From assembly GCA_951406725.2 (NCBI GenBank), contig OX597824.1:92814001-92878000 (forward strand): 64,000 nucleotides of DNA, in the 5' to 3' direction. Both the position numbers and the translations under genes were made by a program. Shown one piece after another: positions 13,266 to 28,182 of this stretch (positions are counted from its first letter, which is position 1; each line of letters begins with the position of its first letter). Below the pieces are notes generated by a model. It searched no databases and was not told the origin of the DNA. It saw nothing but the letters and a program-made list of their open reading frames with translations. Source of the stretch: Octopus vulgaris. Lineage: Eukaryota.

Positions 13266-14167
13266 CATTTCTATTTCTTGTATTTCAGCGTTATTCTCTG
13301 TCAAGTGTAAGTATAAAACAAAAAGAGAAGCAGAATACGACCTAGCGTTGTTTTGGAACCTACTCACCTACTCATCAGGAGCATTTATGACGCTATCGTT
13401 GAATCATAATCACACTATAATGACTATACGTAAAATTCAGCGATTACCAGCAGAAATAGTTGTAAGAGTTTGTAAATAAGCCGCTTCAGTGTATACTCTT
13501 CAGTGTTAAAACTCGTGTATATGTAAGTATGTATGTATGTATGTATGTATGTATGTATGTATGTATGTGTGTATGTATGTATGTGTGTACGTTTGTATGT
13601 ATGTACGTATGTATGTATGTATGTAAGTATGTATGTATGAATGTATGCATGTTAGTATGTATGAATGTATGTATGTATTTATGTAGGATGTATCTATATA
13701 TTTTGGCATGCATATATATATATATATATGAATATATATATATATATATATATATATAAGTACAAATTTCCATATATATGTATATATATATGTGTGTATG
13801 TAAATATATATCCATGTAGATATATATAGATATATATGTATATATATACGTATATGCATATATATATGTGTGTGTGTGTGTGCGTATAAATATCTATCTA
13901 TATATATATATATATCTTATATTACACAAACATACATGTACATGTATAATGTGCATATATATATATATATACACACGAATTAAAGAATGACAATTGATGA
14001 AGTATTATGTAATCACCGTCATTAGCATAAAGCTTTTCCTGCGATAAGAAGGAAATACACAATCTCATAGATTATTCGAAGCCAATAAATTGAAGTAGCT
14101 GCTTATTTCGGAAAGCACTGGAGTGTATAGAAATAATTACGTTTGAAATCTTAATGTTTTATAAATA

Positions 14168-14678
14168 GGTGGAGGAGTGTGGCTGTGTGGTAAGAAGCTT
14201 GCTTACCAACCACATGGTTCCGGGTTAAGTCCCATGACATGACAGGCTCGAGCTGACCAAAGCCTTGTGAGTGCATTTTGTAGACAGAAACTGAAAGAAG
14301 CTTGTCGTACATATATATATATATATATATACATACATATAAGAGGGATGACTACTAAGCGGACAACCCTAATGCTAGAAGTAGATCCGCTAAGTAATTA
14401 TGTATATATATATATATATGTATGTATGTATATATATATGTATATATATATGTATGTATGTGTGTGTGTATTTCTGTGTCTCTTTCTCCCCTCAACATCG
14501 CTTGAAAACCGATGTTGGTGTGTTTACCTCCCCGTAGCTTTATGATTCAGCAAAAAGTGACTGATAGAATAGGTACTAGGCTTAGAAATAATAAGTCGTG
14601 GGTCAAGTTGTTCGAGTAAAGACGGCGCTCCAGCATGGCCGCAGTCAGGTGATGAAACAAATAAAAAAGTAAAAGTAT
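14168..14678 (+). mobile_element. SINE family A with a short insertion in its internal (TA)n
   Basis: Head gtgtggctgtgtggtaagaagcttgc at about 14177 and 3' half ending ccagcatggccgcagtcaggtgatgaaacaaataaaaaagtaaaag. Confidence 0.85.
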
Positions 14679-14689
14679 TAAAGCGTGTA

Positions 14690-15780
14690 TATCTACAGCA
14701 TATGTGGAAAATCCGTGTGTGTTTGTTTGTGGTGTTGTTAGCTAACCCCTCCGACATCGTTTTATCGATTTTGATGAAACCTGACACATTAGTAAAGCAC
14801 ATACCTGGAAATCCCGTGACATACGTAGATTCTTAAAAAACGTCGATAATATGGCCCCTGGAAGGGATCTCAGTATCTACCTCATGCAACTAATTTGTTG
14901 TTAAACAGCCAAGGTAAATAACCCATAGCACCTGTGCAACATTTGTGAAACACCCATTTCATTGTTTATGTTCAATTACTTTGAATACTGATTTTTTTGT
15001 GTGTTCTATGTCTAATTTTTACAGACAATATCACTTTTATACTTTATGTGACACGTGAGTAGAACTTATTACTAGACACCACGTGACATACTTAGATTGT
15101 TGAAAAAATTGATAATAGGGCCCTTCCAGTGGATCCTTCTATTTACAACATATTACTAATACTTTATTTAAATAACTCAAGGAGAATAACCCATACCACA
15201 AGAAGATTTTAGCGAAGGGATCAATATTTGATTCTCATGATCAGCCAATCTAGTTCTGCATTTCACTACACACAGTTTTGAACTGCTAAACATTATTATT
15301 GCACTTCTTTAATTTGATTCTTACACTTTAAAGACTTCATTCATAAATATCTATACATGCATACTTTATTGAATGTCCATTACTCCGATAATTCTGCATT
15401 TTTACAGTTACACTTTTTCCATGAGAGTAGGTATTTTTTTTATTCCACAACGTATTTTTAATTGCTTCATACAGGCAAAGCGTGGACTCGATCCTCGATT
15501 GCCAAATTTCACTTCAACAGTGCTTTTCTCATGGGAAAACAATACGTTTTCTGTGAACAATAGCAGTTATACATTTTTAAGATGCCTTCGCTAAGCACAA
15601 TAATGTCTTTGCCGGTCGACAACCTCCAACAATCTTTTCCTTCTCCAGCTGACAGTTTTTTTTTACTTTCTCGTGACGGAAAATATACCTTTTGTGGCAG
15701 TTAGAACGAAATTGCTTTCTTATATCAGAGTAATAAGGCGTTTCAATGGCACATCTTTACCCCCGGGAATTACAGCTAAT
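14690..15780 (+). mobile_element. Probable non-autonomous Helitron-like element with an internal ~280-bp-period duplication
   Basis: The 5' end atatctac...gtgtgtttgtttgt...atcgattttgatgaaacctgacaca resembles non-autonomous Helitron heads. A block (cgtgacatac.tagatt.tt.aaaaa...gataata.ggccc...aataacccata) occurs at about 14815 and 15081. The 3' end ccccgggaattacagctaa resembles a CTAG terminus. Confidence 0.45.
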
Positions 15781-15783
15781 ATA

Positions 15784-15814
<31 letters not shown>

Positions 15815-16155
15815 CGGACTATCAGTAAGTTGTCATAATAGTACTCGGAGTTTCAAACGCCGGAGATAAGAGATACGATGCGTTTCCTCTCGGCTATTAA
15901 TGGAAATAGATGGTATGAAAAACCGCGGAATGAAAGAGAAGTTACTCTAATAGGTAGGAAAATATATGAAAGATAAAAAAAATTCACGCAACCATTTACT
16001 TACCATACAAAGACATAAAAACCTCCTGTATTCATAATGTATACACACGTACACACTCACACAAACATGTGTATATAGAGGTACATGCATACACAAATAT
16101 ATGGAAATAATCCTCCATTTACCTAATATCTAGGTCTCATTCTTTTGTTGTCACA

Positions 16156-16234
<79 letters not shown>

Positions 16235-16363
16235 TAAAAAGAATTCCAACCTTGTCTGATTTTCACGTTTTATTTACAATCTTATAATGATATATTATAA
16301 GATAATATATTATAATTGAATAAAATAAAATGAAATAGTAGAATGTTAAATATTCATTCTGAT

Positions 16364-16408
16364 TGAACTAGTACTTTCATGCATTGAATTCTGCAATCTT
16401 CGGGTTCA
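16364..16408 (-). ncRNA. Type I hammerhead motif in the PLE pLTR (core CCGAAGA, U4 mutated)
   Basis: Minus strand: tgaac-CCGAAGA-ttgca gaattcaa tgcat-GAAAG-TA-CTA-gttca. Stem I is tgaac/gttca and stem III is palindromic agtact. Confidence 0.7.
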
Positions 16409-16469
16409 TGTAGTAGTGTTGACAGTCATGCTTCACAATTTTTGACTGTAGCAAGATGAGTGATTCTGT

Positions 16470-16590
16470 GCTATAAATACAGCTGGGTAGGCTCCAGAGT
16501 GCTAGGTTTTGCAAACTGTATTCTGACCAATCAGTGTGTAGTATCACTCAATTACTTAAGCTGATTGGTTGGTTGAGCTGATTGGTTTAG
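16470..16590 (-). promoter_or_regulatory. pLTR promoter-like region: three CCAATCAG boxes and a TATTTATA
   Basis: ctgattgg occurs twice (about 16561 and 16578) and ccaatcag once (about 16527). ctataaata at 16471 lies about 60 nt 5' of the HHR on the element strand. Confidence 0.5.
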
Positions 16591-16902
16591 GCATCACGCT
16601 TTGTTGGACAGGTCAAGAGTCCTGTATCTTGACCCTGGCCGAAGCAGCAATTGTTGGGTTATTTTTAGAAATGTTGTAAATATCCTTTGTCAGAGATTTT
16701 TATATTTTTATATTTCAATTGTCATCATCATCATTGTCAGCACCTTAATTATTGTTGCTAGTGGTGATGGTGGTGGCAATAGAACTTTTAACCCTAAATA
16801 AGATAATTTTCCTGCTATCTTCGTCTTGATCACCTTTAGTATTGTTGTTGTTGTTAGTGGTCATGGTCGTAGCAGTGGAAGTAATACCTCTAAGTATTAT
16901 TA

Positions 16903-17990
16903 TTATTGCTTATTTAGCTTGGGTTCGAATTTATCAATAAAATTCTTTTCTCTGATTTTCCTCTCGATTTCACTTGGGCTGTGTAATTTGTAGAATGGAA
17001 ATATTATATATATTTTCCGACCACATGTTGCTAGGTGGTTACTCAAAGGTATCTGACGGACCTCTGGGTCTCTAATCTGTTGCCGGTGTACACGTGAGCG
17101 TTCTAATAGTGCGTTTCCCGTCTGACCTACATATATTTCTTCACAATTTGGGCATTTGATGCAGTAAATTAAATTTCTGCTTTTGCAGTTCATATTCGCG
17201 TTTGTGAATATTTTCCCGGTTTTTGTGTTTATATATTGACCGGTATGTATGAATTGGCATGTGCCACATCGGCTATCATTGCATTTAGATACCGTGAATG
17301 TTTGGTCTTTGTTGCTGAGGTCAAATTTTGCCTTTGTTAGTAATGTTTTCAAGTTTTTAGGCTGTCTTTTACTAAGCACCATAGCTCGATCCTTGATTAT
17401 GTCTTTTAATTCATTACTTTGGGCAATGATTGGTAGGTTTGCTTTGGCAATGTTGAAGATATTCTGGTGACATGGGTTGTGTGTCACTATGAATGGTATG
17501 ACTTGTTCTTGTTTTCCTCTTCCTTGGGTTGTCCTAAGTTGTTGTATAGGTATTTTTATAGCCCGCTGTATGCCATTTTCTATAAGTAGAGATGGGTATT
17601 TTTGTTTGAGCAAAAATTCTCTTAGTTCTATTAGGCGTTTGTTCCTGATATTTGCATCTTCTACAATAGTACAAATTCTTCTGGCTAGGCAGTATGGGAT
17701 GTTACGTTTTGTATGTGGTGGATGGCACGACTTAAAATTTAGGTATTGATGTGTGTCTGTGTGTTTATAGTATATATCTGTGGTGATGGTGGTGTCTTTT
17801 TTAATTACCATTATATCCAGGAATGGTATTTGGTACTACTCATCTCCTTTGTAAATTTGAGAGATGGGTGTAGGTTGTTCAGGAGGATATTGAACTCTTC
17901 CAGAGTATTTAGAGATTCTGTCCAGATTATGAAACAGTCGTCTAGGTATCTCTTCCATGCCTTTTCAATATACTTTCTAAATCCAGTGCC
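16903..17990 (-). pseudogene. PLE reverse transcriptase C-terminus plus GIY-YIG endonuclease (truncated, one frameshift near 17830)
   Basis: WKRYLDDCFIIW...LNNLHPSLKFT, then PFLDIMV...DIYYKHTDTHQYLNFKSCHP, a CNDSRCGTC Zn linker and NLIYCIKCPNCEEIYVGQT (GIY-YIG), ending FEPKLN. Confidence 0.95.
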
Positions 17991-18029
17991 ATAGTTTATA
18001 TATATAGTTTATATATATAGTTTATATAT

Positions 18030-18072
<43 letters not shown>

Positions 18073-18097
18073 AAACAAGTCAATATAGAAAATGCTA

Positions 18098-18137
18098 ACA
18101 GTACCGGTTTCAGTCATTTTCAGACCTTTCCAGCTGT
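18098..18137 (-). ncRNA. Degenerate minimal hammerhead motif
   Basis: Minus strand: acag-CTGGAAA-ggtc tgaaaat gact-GAAAC-CG-GTA-ctgt, in a short island between (TA)n tracts. Confidence 0.5.
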
Positions 18138-18235
18138 AACTAATTAAATTTAGAAAAATTAAAAGAAAAGTTTTTTTAAAGGAATATTTGTATAGTGTTC
18201 AAATATAAGTGGCATTTTCCTTGTTTCTGCCTTTC

Positions 18236-18312
<77 letters not shown>

Positions 18313-18781
18313 TGGATGTACTACAATTTGTTTATCTAAATTTCCATATTTCTGGCAGTCGCTACACAAGCACCAAATGTATTACAATATTCTAAGAAAG
18401 AGGACTGAAGGAACAAGCACCAGAATACCATCCACGTTAAATGAATCTCGCATAGTATGTTTCTTTTTCTCCCTTTTTTTCTTCTTGATTCGGGGTCGAA
18501 ACCGATAGCTGTCGACAAATTAAGGGCAGGCACACTGCGACAAAGAATAAGGAACAAAATCTTTAGTGGGCTTTGTACCTCTTTTATGCATATTAACATC
18601 AATAGAACCCGTGGCAGAACTGTAATCAGACCATAAGATAAATTAAATCGACTCTATGTTTTCTATTATATCAAGAACATGGAATTAATTGGAATAAACA
18701 CTGAAATTATAAACATTCAATATGGACGATATAAAACCCGCACGCACTCATGCGCGCGTGAACCCATATATATACGTACAA

Positions 18782-18848
<67 letters not shown>

Positions 18849-19030
18849 CATACATATATATGTTTACATAAATATAGTATAATGCATACAATATATATAC
18901 ACATGTCAATGTCATATATTACATACACATACTCACACACATACATATGTGTATGTGTGTGTGGATAAATATATAAATATGCTTATTTATATAAATATGT
19001 ATATACGTTAGTGTATATACACACAAACAC

Positions 19031-19122
<92 letters not shown>

Positions 19123-19166
19123 TCACACAGACAGAAAGACATAGACAGAAGGGTAGATAGGTAGAT

Positions 19167-19240
19167 ATGTTTCTTTATTAGCCACACAGGGGTGCACACA
19201 GACGGGACAGATTGCAAAGTAGAGCTTTTCTTTTTTGGCA
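19167..19240 (-). mobile_element. Tx1-like LINE 3'-end copy in (GATA)n
   Basis: atgtttctttattagccacacaggggtgcacacaga...gtagagcttttctttt matches the 3' end at 22846. Confidence 0.85.
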
Positions 19241-19417
19241 GATAGAGGGAGATAGATGGATAGATTGATGGATAGATATATAGATAGATAGATAAATAGA
19301 TAGATTGATAGATAGATAGATGGATGGATGGATGGATGGATAAATAGATAGATAAATAGATTGATAGATAGATAGATAGACAGATAGATATATAGATAGA
19401 TTGATAGATAGATAGAT

Positions 19418-19466
19418 AAGTTTCTGTATTGGCCACACAGGGCTGCACACAGATGGGACAAGTTCA
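19418..19466 (-). mobile_element. Tx1-like LINE extreme 3'-end copy in (GATA)n
   Basis: aagtttctgtattggccacacagggctgcacacagatgggacaag. Confidence 0.8.
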
Positions 19467-20031
19467 GACAGACAGATAGATACATAGTTATCGGGCCAAA
19501 ACCTCGTGTGTGTGTGTGTACCTTTCATTCTTGTGTGTTTCTACATAAAATCAAACATTGTAACATGGGATGACAAACACCATAAAACATCTCCCCTCAA
19601 AATTAAACACATATACACACACACATACATACACACATATGAACGAATGCATATACATATAAATATATATATACATATATATATAAATTTATATATATAT
19701 ATATAAACGCGTCTGACATCTACATGCTTAGAAATTGTATGTGATAGCTAACACACATTAAAGCAGCAGCTATTTATGTTCGCAGCTATTCTGGAGTTGA
19801 CGATCATTCGTTATGTTGAGAAAATATATTTATCTCTGTCTCTTCGCTATCAACTCTTATACGCACACTCGCACACACACACATCGTATATATAGATCGT
19901 AAGAGGATATACGCATACACAGCTACAAAGAAACGCACTCAGATATATCTCCGTATAAAGAAAATAGATTTTTCATATAAAGAATGTGCATATTTTATGC
20001 ACACGTATATATACATTAGCACTGTCATATT

Positions 20032-20066
<35 letters not shown>

Positions 20067-20079
20067 CTATATATATTTA

Positions 20080-20127
<48 letters not shown>

Positions 20128-20291
20128 AGTATCTATATATATATATGTATATATATATATTTTTACATAGATGTATATTCATATATATGTATATATATAT
20201 GAATATATATGTATATATGTATATATATGTATATATATATGTATATATATATATATATATGTATATATGCATTAATATGTGTATATATATG

Positions 20292-20358
<67 letters not shown>

Positions 20359-20724
20359 CCGGATGATGTAAATATATCTATGCGAGTGAGACTTTACGTG
20401 TGTGTATGTGTATGTATGTATGTATGATTGTTTGCGGGCGTGCGTGGGTTTATATATATATGTTTGTTGGGGTGTGTGTTCATGTGTGTGCACCATCAAA
20501 TATATCATGTAACTTGAAAGTATAAATTATGTATGTTCTTCAGCTTTTCTTATTTTAGCCGGCGTTTCTTTCTTTGCTGTTTAACAAATACGCGTGTGCG
20601 AAAAGGCACTCATAAGAATGTGCCCGTGTCTGTGTAAATACGTATGTAAGCATGTGTGTATGTACCACGTCTGTATATATGCTCACATGAGAGTTGTTGA
20701 CAGGATATGTTTTAAATTGTTTGT

Positions 20725-20768
<44 letters not shown>

Positions 20769-20899
20769 CATGCCTATATATATATATATATCTACATCTA
20801 TATCTTTATCTATCTATCTACATATATATATATATACATATGTATATACATACATATGTATATGTATATACATATGTATATATACATATGTACATATAT

Positions 20900-20936
<37 letters not shown>

Positions 20937-20991
20937 TATACATATGTATATATGTATATACATATGTATATATACAGATGTACATATATAT

Positions 20992-21030
<39 letters not shown>

Positions 21031-21084
21031 TATAAATATGTATATATATATACATGTATATATATATGTCTATCTATCTATCTA

Positions 21085-21142
<58 letters not shown>

Positions 21143-21498
21143 TGTATATATGTATATGTATATGTCTCATTCGGTATAGTAGACGCTTCCTAACAGCAGG
21201 TGAGTAGTTTTGTCCGCTGACCTTGCCATATTGAAGGGTACACCTCCAGAGGCTAATGAACACAGTTCGGAAATGGCAACAAATATTCCGCAGACTGGAA
21301 GGCTTCTGTAATTATTAAACAGAGAATCCAAATTTTGACACCAAATAGTTCACTTTGTTATCCTCTCAATGAATATTTAATTCGAGGAGACGTTCCATTT
21401 ACACTGAATATCTTTCCTAAAGGCAATGAACGGAAGAAGGGCTGTAATAAGATTGGAATTCTGAGACAGCCAAATGAAAGACACACCAGTCGAAAAAA

Positions 21499-21661
<163 letters not shown>

Positions 21662-21920
21662 TGTATGTATTTATGTATGTGTGTGTGCCTGTATGTCTGT
21701 GTGCATGTGTGTATTTGTTCCTATGTGTACATGTTTATACAAACATATTTATATATACATGTACATATGTTATATATACGTACATATATTCATATATAGG
21801 TACACATGCGCACACATACACACACACACACAATATATATATATATATATATATGTATATTGAGAAAAATGGAAGTGAAAGAGAGATATGGTGACAGCCA
21901 TGCATATAATGCGTAGTATA

Positions 21921-21997
<77 letters not shown>

Positions 21998-22384
21998 TTA
22001 TATGTATAAATATATATATGCATATATATATATATATATATTTATACATATATGTATGTATAGATATATATATATATATGCATGTGTTTTGTAAACATAT
22101 GTGTGTATGTACATATATATATGCATATGCTGTGTATAGGTAATGATGTATACATTTATGTACGTGAATCATGGAAGTAAGCTTCTGATTTGCAGAGATT
22201 GGTGCATAATTATTCATACAGATTCACACAGGCAACGACACAAAGAACACAAAGACAGACCATTAGAAACAGTATGGAGAAAACATGTAACTCTGCCTAA
22301 AGATATAATGGTGGGTATTCTTGAAAATAGATGGTGCTACCCACTGGCTTATGTAACCAGAGACACACACAGAAACACACATGC

Positions 22385-22422
<38 letters not shown>

Positions 22423-22423
22423 G

Positions 22424-22454
<31 letters not shown>

Positions 22455-22479
22455 CTAGACGGAGATATAGATAGATAGA

Positions 22480-22603
22480 TTAGACACAGGGCTGCACACA
22501 GATAGAACAAATTACAAGGTATGGATGGTTTAAAAAGAAAATAGATAATAATAATAATAATAATAATAATAAAATAAAAAGGGGGGTCGATAGAAAAGGG
22601 ATC
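22480..22603 (-). mobile_element. Tx1-like LINE 3'-end copy in (GATA)n
   Basis: ttagacacagggctgcacacagatagaacaaattacaaggta...aaaagggatc, with (GATA)n on both sides. Confidence 0.85.
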
Positions 22604-22669
<66 letters not shown>

Positions 22670-22845
22670 GGATGGATGGATAGATGGATAGATGGATAGA
22701 TGGACAGATGGATAAACTGATGGATAGACATATAGACAGATGGGCAGATAGATAGATGGATAGATAGACAGATAGATAGATGGATAGATAGATGGATAGA
22801 TGGATACACAGATAGATAGATGGATAGACAGATAGACAGATAGAT

Positions 22846-24069
22846 ATGTTTCTTTATTAGCCACACAGGGCTGCACACAGATAGAACAAATTACAAGGTA
22901 GAGCTTTTCTTTTGAAGGTTTAAAAAAATAATAAAATGGAAAGGGGGGAGTTTCGATCAAAAGGGATCGTAAAAGGAGAGAAAGAGGACAAAAAAGGGGG
23001 GTAAGGGGGAGAGGAAAAAAAATTGATCAATAGGGATCGTTATCACAGAAATGTCAATATGAAGTGTAAAGGGGAGGACAGGTGAGGTTTACCCGTGGAA
23101 AGAAAAGCCTACGGAAAAGACCACGGTAACCTCGGTCAATGAAGTCACATTTTATATATTTTTTTTTTTTTTTTTGCAAATAAGCAAATATCTGTTTTCA
23201 ATTTCTGGGTTCATAGGACTATGCTCAAGGTGGCTTCGTCATTCATACGTGCCATTCTTGCTACATTCACCCATCTTTTTTTAAAACATTCGCTAGACAA
23301 AACTTGCCTCTCTACTCTCACTTTCCTTTTCAAGTGGTACTTGAAGAAGTTGATGAGAGATTGACCAGAGAGGAAAGTGTTTGTCTCCAATCCTTTCAGA
23401 CGCGTCCACCAGATACATTCTTTCGCCATAGCCACAAGGATGATGAAAATAGCTCTTCCTTCCCGTTTGAAGGAAGGAGGCGTGACAATATTGACGATAG
23501 ACTCAGCTGATAAACCGACTCGTCCCACACGTGACAGCAGTTGTTCGACATAAGCCCACAGGTCGGAAATTGTTGGACACTGAACGAGTGCGTGCAGAAC
23601 GGTTTCGTCGCTCTGACCGCATCTCGGGCAGGTCGGCCCCGTGTTTCTCGAGCCGTGTCTGTAGAGCTTATCCCGAACGGGTAGCGCTTCTCGGTAGCAC
23701 TGCCAGGCCAGGGATCTCTGGAAGTTGTCCATGGGCCCTGGCCCGAAAGTCGTCCTGAACAGGCGGGTCAGGTACTCCTCGTCGACGTCCAGGTTCGCCC
23801 CGAGCTCGTCGTCGTACCTCCCCTCCACTAAACCCCTATAGAATGCTTTGGTTGTGTTGAAGTCACTTAAGGTCGACCCAGGACGGCAGAGTTGCTTGAG
23901 AGAGCAACGCGACACTCGCGGTGCCATTCGCCCTTCCTCGGCCTCTTTTTGATCCACGACTGCAGTTCGGTCATGGAGATGAGCTGCGGGAAAGCGTGCC
24001 TCACAAACGGCGACCACACCTGTTCACCGTCGTCTACATAGGGCCAGAGATGTCGCAGTCTCAGCGCGT
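22846..24069 (-). mobile_element. 5'-truncated Tx1/L1-clade LINE (ORF2 C-terminus plus 3'UTR) embedded in (GATA)n
   Basis: Contains a zf-RVT-bearing ORF and a 3'UTR with AATAAA (tttatt at 22853). Both ends abut (GATA)n. Confidence 0.9.
23211..24069 (-). pseudogene. LINE ORF2 C-terminal fragment with zf-RVT (CCHC) domain
   Basis: RSLAWQCYREALPVRDKL...CPRCGQSDETVLHALVQC...LW...AKECIWWTR. An upstream frame reads ALRLRHLW...VW. This is a typical L1/Tx1 C-terminus. Confidence 0.9.
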
Positions 24070-24132
<63 letters not shown>

Positions 24133-24384
24133 TATAGATAGATAATGGATAAAAATAGCGGAATTCATCAATGCATACTCGTTAGTATTCATATATATAG
24201 GTTAAGAATATATATTTGTTATTCGCTGGTTGTGGGTTCGGTACCTCTGCGTTGCGCATTCGTCTTGTGTCTAGACTTCAACTTAAGCAAAGGACGAAAA
24301 TCACTTCGCAGCCCTTTAAAAATGAGAATGTTATTTTGCAAGGAACGTTTGGACTTCACACTGTCAGGTTTGGAAACGGAATTA

Positions 24385-24606
24385 ATCGTTCATCCTACCA
24401 TAATTGAGAAAGAAAACAAACTATGCTGGGTCATAGATATAGCATGCCCAGCTGAAAACAAGGTATGCGATAAGGAAGAAAGAAAGGTTGTGGGATATGA
24501 CAGGTTAGCTTGGGAAGTTAAGCAGTTGAGATTGATGAAAAAAGTAGCAGTAGTATCAATAATTGTCGGAGCCCTGGGAACAGTGAGCAAAAATCTCGAG
24601 AAGTAC
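24385..24606 (+). mobile_element. R4/Dong-clade LINE fragment (restriction-like endonuclease domain)
   Basis: IIEKENKLCWVIDIACPAENKVCDKEERKVVGYDRLAWEVKQLRLMKKVAVVSIIVGALGTVSKNLEKY matches the RLE C-terminus pattern IDxAxP...KExEK..KY..L...IVIGALG. Confidence 0.85.
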
Positions 24607-24806
24607 GTGCTAAGCATTTCGTCCAGCGTGCTAACGATTGTGCAAACTCGCAGCCCAGAGTTATAACAACAACAACAAAAACAACAACAACAATAATAAT
24701 CAATAAAAATAACAATAGTAATTAATAATAATAATAATGATAATAATAATAATTTATCATTATTATTATTTTGTTGTTGTTGTTCATCTTCTTCTTCTTA
24801 TTCTTC

Positions 24807-24946
<140 letters not shown>

Positions 24947-25615
24947 GAAACAGTAATAACAATGTAATAATAATGCAGGAAGAAAATTTTAAATATTTAC
25001 AATAAATCATCGTCAAATTTATTGGGAGCATTTCTGCAATAAATAAATGAAAGTTAATTTTTAAAAAAAAACAGTTACAAAAGCATCGAATACACCACGA
25101 GACCAATGTCACAACATCATCATCATCATCAACACAACAGCAACAACAACAACAACAAACGAAGGATGAAAGAAGCACACTGAAGAATAATCTCAAAGTA
25201 ACAGATTCCAGATATACAAACTAAATAAATTTTTAAAATTACGATCTCGGAAACAATGAAAAAGTGTCGGCACCAAAAGATCTATCTCTCCATGCTCTTC
25301 CCTCTCTCCCCAAATCTCTCTCTCTCTTTTTCTCTCTCCCTCTCTCTCTCAACCAATTTTCCTTAATTCTGTCCCCAATCCATCTTTTTCTAGAATCTTC
25401 TGATACATATACACATCTACATACACGCTGCAATGGTGTTTACTTAAATCTATTTGCCAATTCCTGAATTTAATACTTTCTCTCACCTTTTCTATGTCTT
25501 CGCGTGCCTCTCCCTCTAACTATCACTTTATCTACCTCCACATACACGCACCGCACACAAACGCGCACTCCCACCCATATATATATATATACATACATAC
25601 TTACATACATATATA

Positions 25616-25687
<72 letters not shown>

Positions 25688-25735
25688 CGTATTTATACAT
25701 ATATTTATATATACATATATATATATATTTATATA

Positions 25736-25811
<76 letters not shown>

Positions 25812-26271
25812 GTATATATATATTACGAATATCGAATGCATTTATGTTTGTGCACACTTAGATACGCTCCTGCTTACATACACACTCGCGCACGCTTCTG
25901 GTTCCACTGAAATGGTTAGCGATTGCATTTATTATATAGATAACTTTCGGAAATTGCGTAAATTTCGTTCAATATGAATGAAACGCTGGAATCATTGAGA
26001 CAATACATGATTGATAACGAGTATCTGCAAATGTCGACATTAGGTGCGTATCAAAAGTTTGCTGTTTTCCTTCTCTTCCCCCCCCCCTCTGTCTCCAATC
26101 GCTTTTATTGGCTTGTTTGCGGTGAAAATTTGTTTCATTTTACGCGCTTTTTATTCGCTCTTTTTTTCTTTTTTCACTTCCTGTAATTGACGGACATTTT
26201 TAGATGTTAGTAACCTGCGGGTGGTAAAGATGTAGCACGATCCATGCACTTGCCCCCCCCCCACCTCATCG

Positions 26272-26392
26272 CATCGTCATCGTCATCATCATCATCATCA
26301 TCATCACCATCACCATCACCATCACCATCACCACCACCATCACCATCACCACCACCACCATCACCACCACCATCAACATCACCATCATCATC

Positions 26393-26424
<32 letters not shown>

Positions 26425-26795
26425 CATCACCTTCATTATCATTATCATCATCGTCGGCGTCGTCGTCGACATCATCTTTATGATCATGTTGGTAACTATT
26501 ATCACCATCACCACTATCGTCATCACCAGTATTCTCGCAATGATCGTCTTCAATTTTGTCATCACCAATGTCATCCGACCTACTTTGCTCTTAAGTGTCG
26601 TCTTCTCAATACATTTTATTATTACATTTACCATTATTTTTTCCTTTTCTCTATTGTTACTCTTTACTATTGATATTCTTGTTGTTGGTTTGAATATTCT
26701 TATTACAATTATTATAAGAAGTTACCATTATTATTATCATTATTATTATTGTTAGGGGTAGTAGAAGAGGAGGAGGAAGTGGAGGGGAATGTGGA

Positions 26796-26878
<83 letters not shown>

Positions 26879-26990
26879 CAGCAGCAGCAGCGTCATCATC
26901 ATCATCATCATCATCACCATCATCATCACCATCATCACCATCATCATCATCATCACCATTATCATCATCATCACCATTACCATCATCATC
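26272..26990. repeat. Compound trinucleotide low-complexity region (CAT/CAC, CAG, TAG)
   Basis: Directly visible. It produces spurious poly-S, poly-M, poly-A and poly-V ORFs. Confidence 0.95.
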
Positions 26991-27764
26991 CTCATCGGAG
27001 TCTAGTAAGTTTCTCAGGGTGCTCATGTGTACTAAATCATTTTTAGTTTCTTTTAATGTATTTCTTTTTTTTTTTTTTCGCTTCTTGTTTTCTTTTCGTT
27101 TCTTTTTTTCTTTCGCTTTTCATCTTTCACTCAGTCTAATATTTTCTATATTTCGTAATTCGAAAGTAAAATTGTAGATTATAATCTTTAACCAGTTCTT
27201 CGAAGGAGAAAGTGTCGGCAAGAAGAAGACGATTACAACTTATATGGATGTCGAAACTGAAGTTAACCATGCGAATAATGGTTCAATTTGCGACCATTTG
27301 CACTAGCAAATAACACCGACATGTTTAATACCATTATCACTTGGTATTTTCGGAAAACCTCACCAAGCATTGAGGATATATCAATGCTCGTACAGACAAA
27401 TATATCGATTCCACAGGCACGTACATGTGCGACGGTAAATAATTCATATGTGTATGGGTATATGTAAACGTATATATGTAATGGTGCGTTTACAGCTGTT
27501 GCTCTGGTATACGAAAATGTATAAACGTGTGTAGACATTAATGTATATAGGTATTATAGTGATAGATATATAATTATACGCTTGATGTGGACGAGTATAC
27601 GTACATCCTTGGAAATATAAAGACCAGCGTTTTAGAATAATGGTATTTCCTACAAACACACGGACGCACAGTAACTTACAAACACACATACACACACACT
27701 TATATATATATATATGTATATAAACATGCATTTCTATCTGTATATCTTTCTATCTATCTATATC

Positions 27765-27795
<31 letters not shown>

Positions 27796-27804
27796 CTATC
27801 TATA

Positions 27805-27869
<65 letters not shown>

Positions 27870-27999
27870 ATATATATATATCTATATCTATCTATCTGTC
27901 TCTCTATATATAGATATTTAAACACATACAAATTTCTACACTCTCACGTACTCACACATACTTATATCCATATATATGTATATATCTATATATCTATCT

Positions 28000-28054
<55 letters not shown>

Positions 28055-28150
28055 TATACATATGTATATATATATATATATACGTGTATTATATTATATA
28101 TGTACATATATATAAATATATATACATATATGTATACACATATATATATA

Positions 28151-28182
<32 letters not shown>

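Larger units (their letters stand above)
16233..17993 (-). mobile_element. 5'-truncated Penelope-like retroelement (Neptune-type) with 3' pLTR, flanked by (TA)n
   Basis: Contains an RT/GIY-YIG ORF, then CCAAT boxes, a TATA-like box, a hammerhead motif and an AATAAA near 16273. (TA)n on both sides. Confidence 0.93.
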
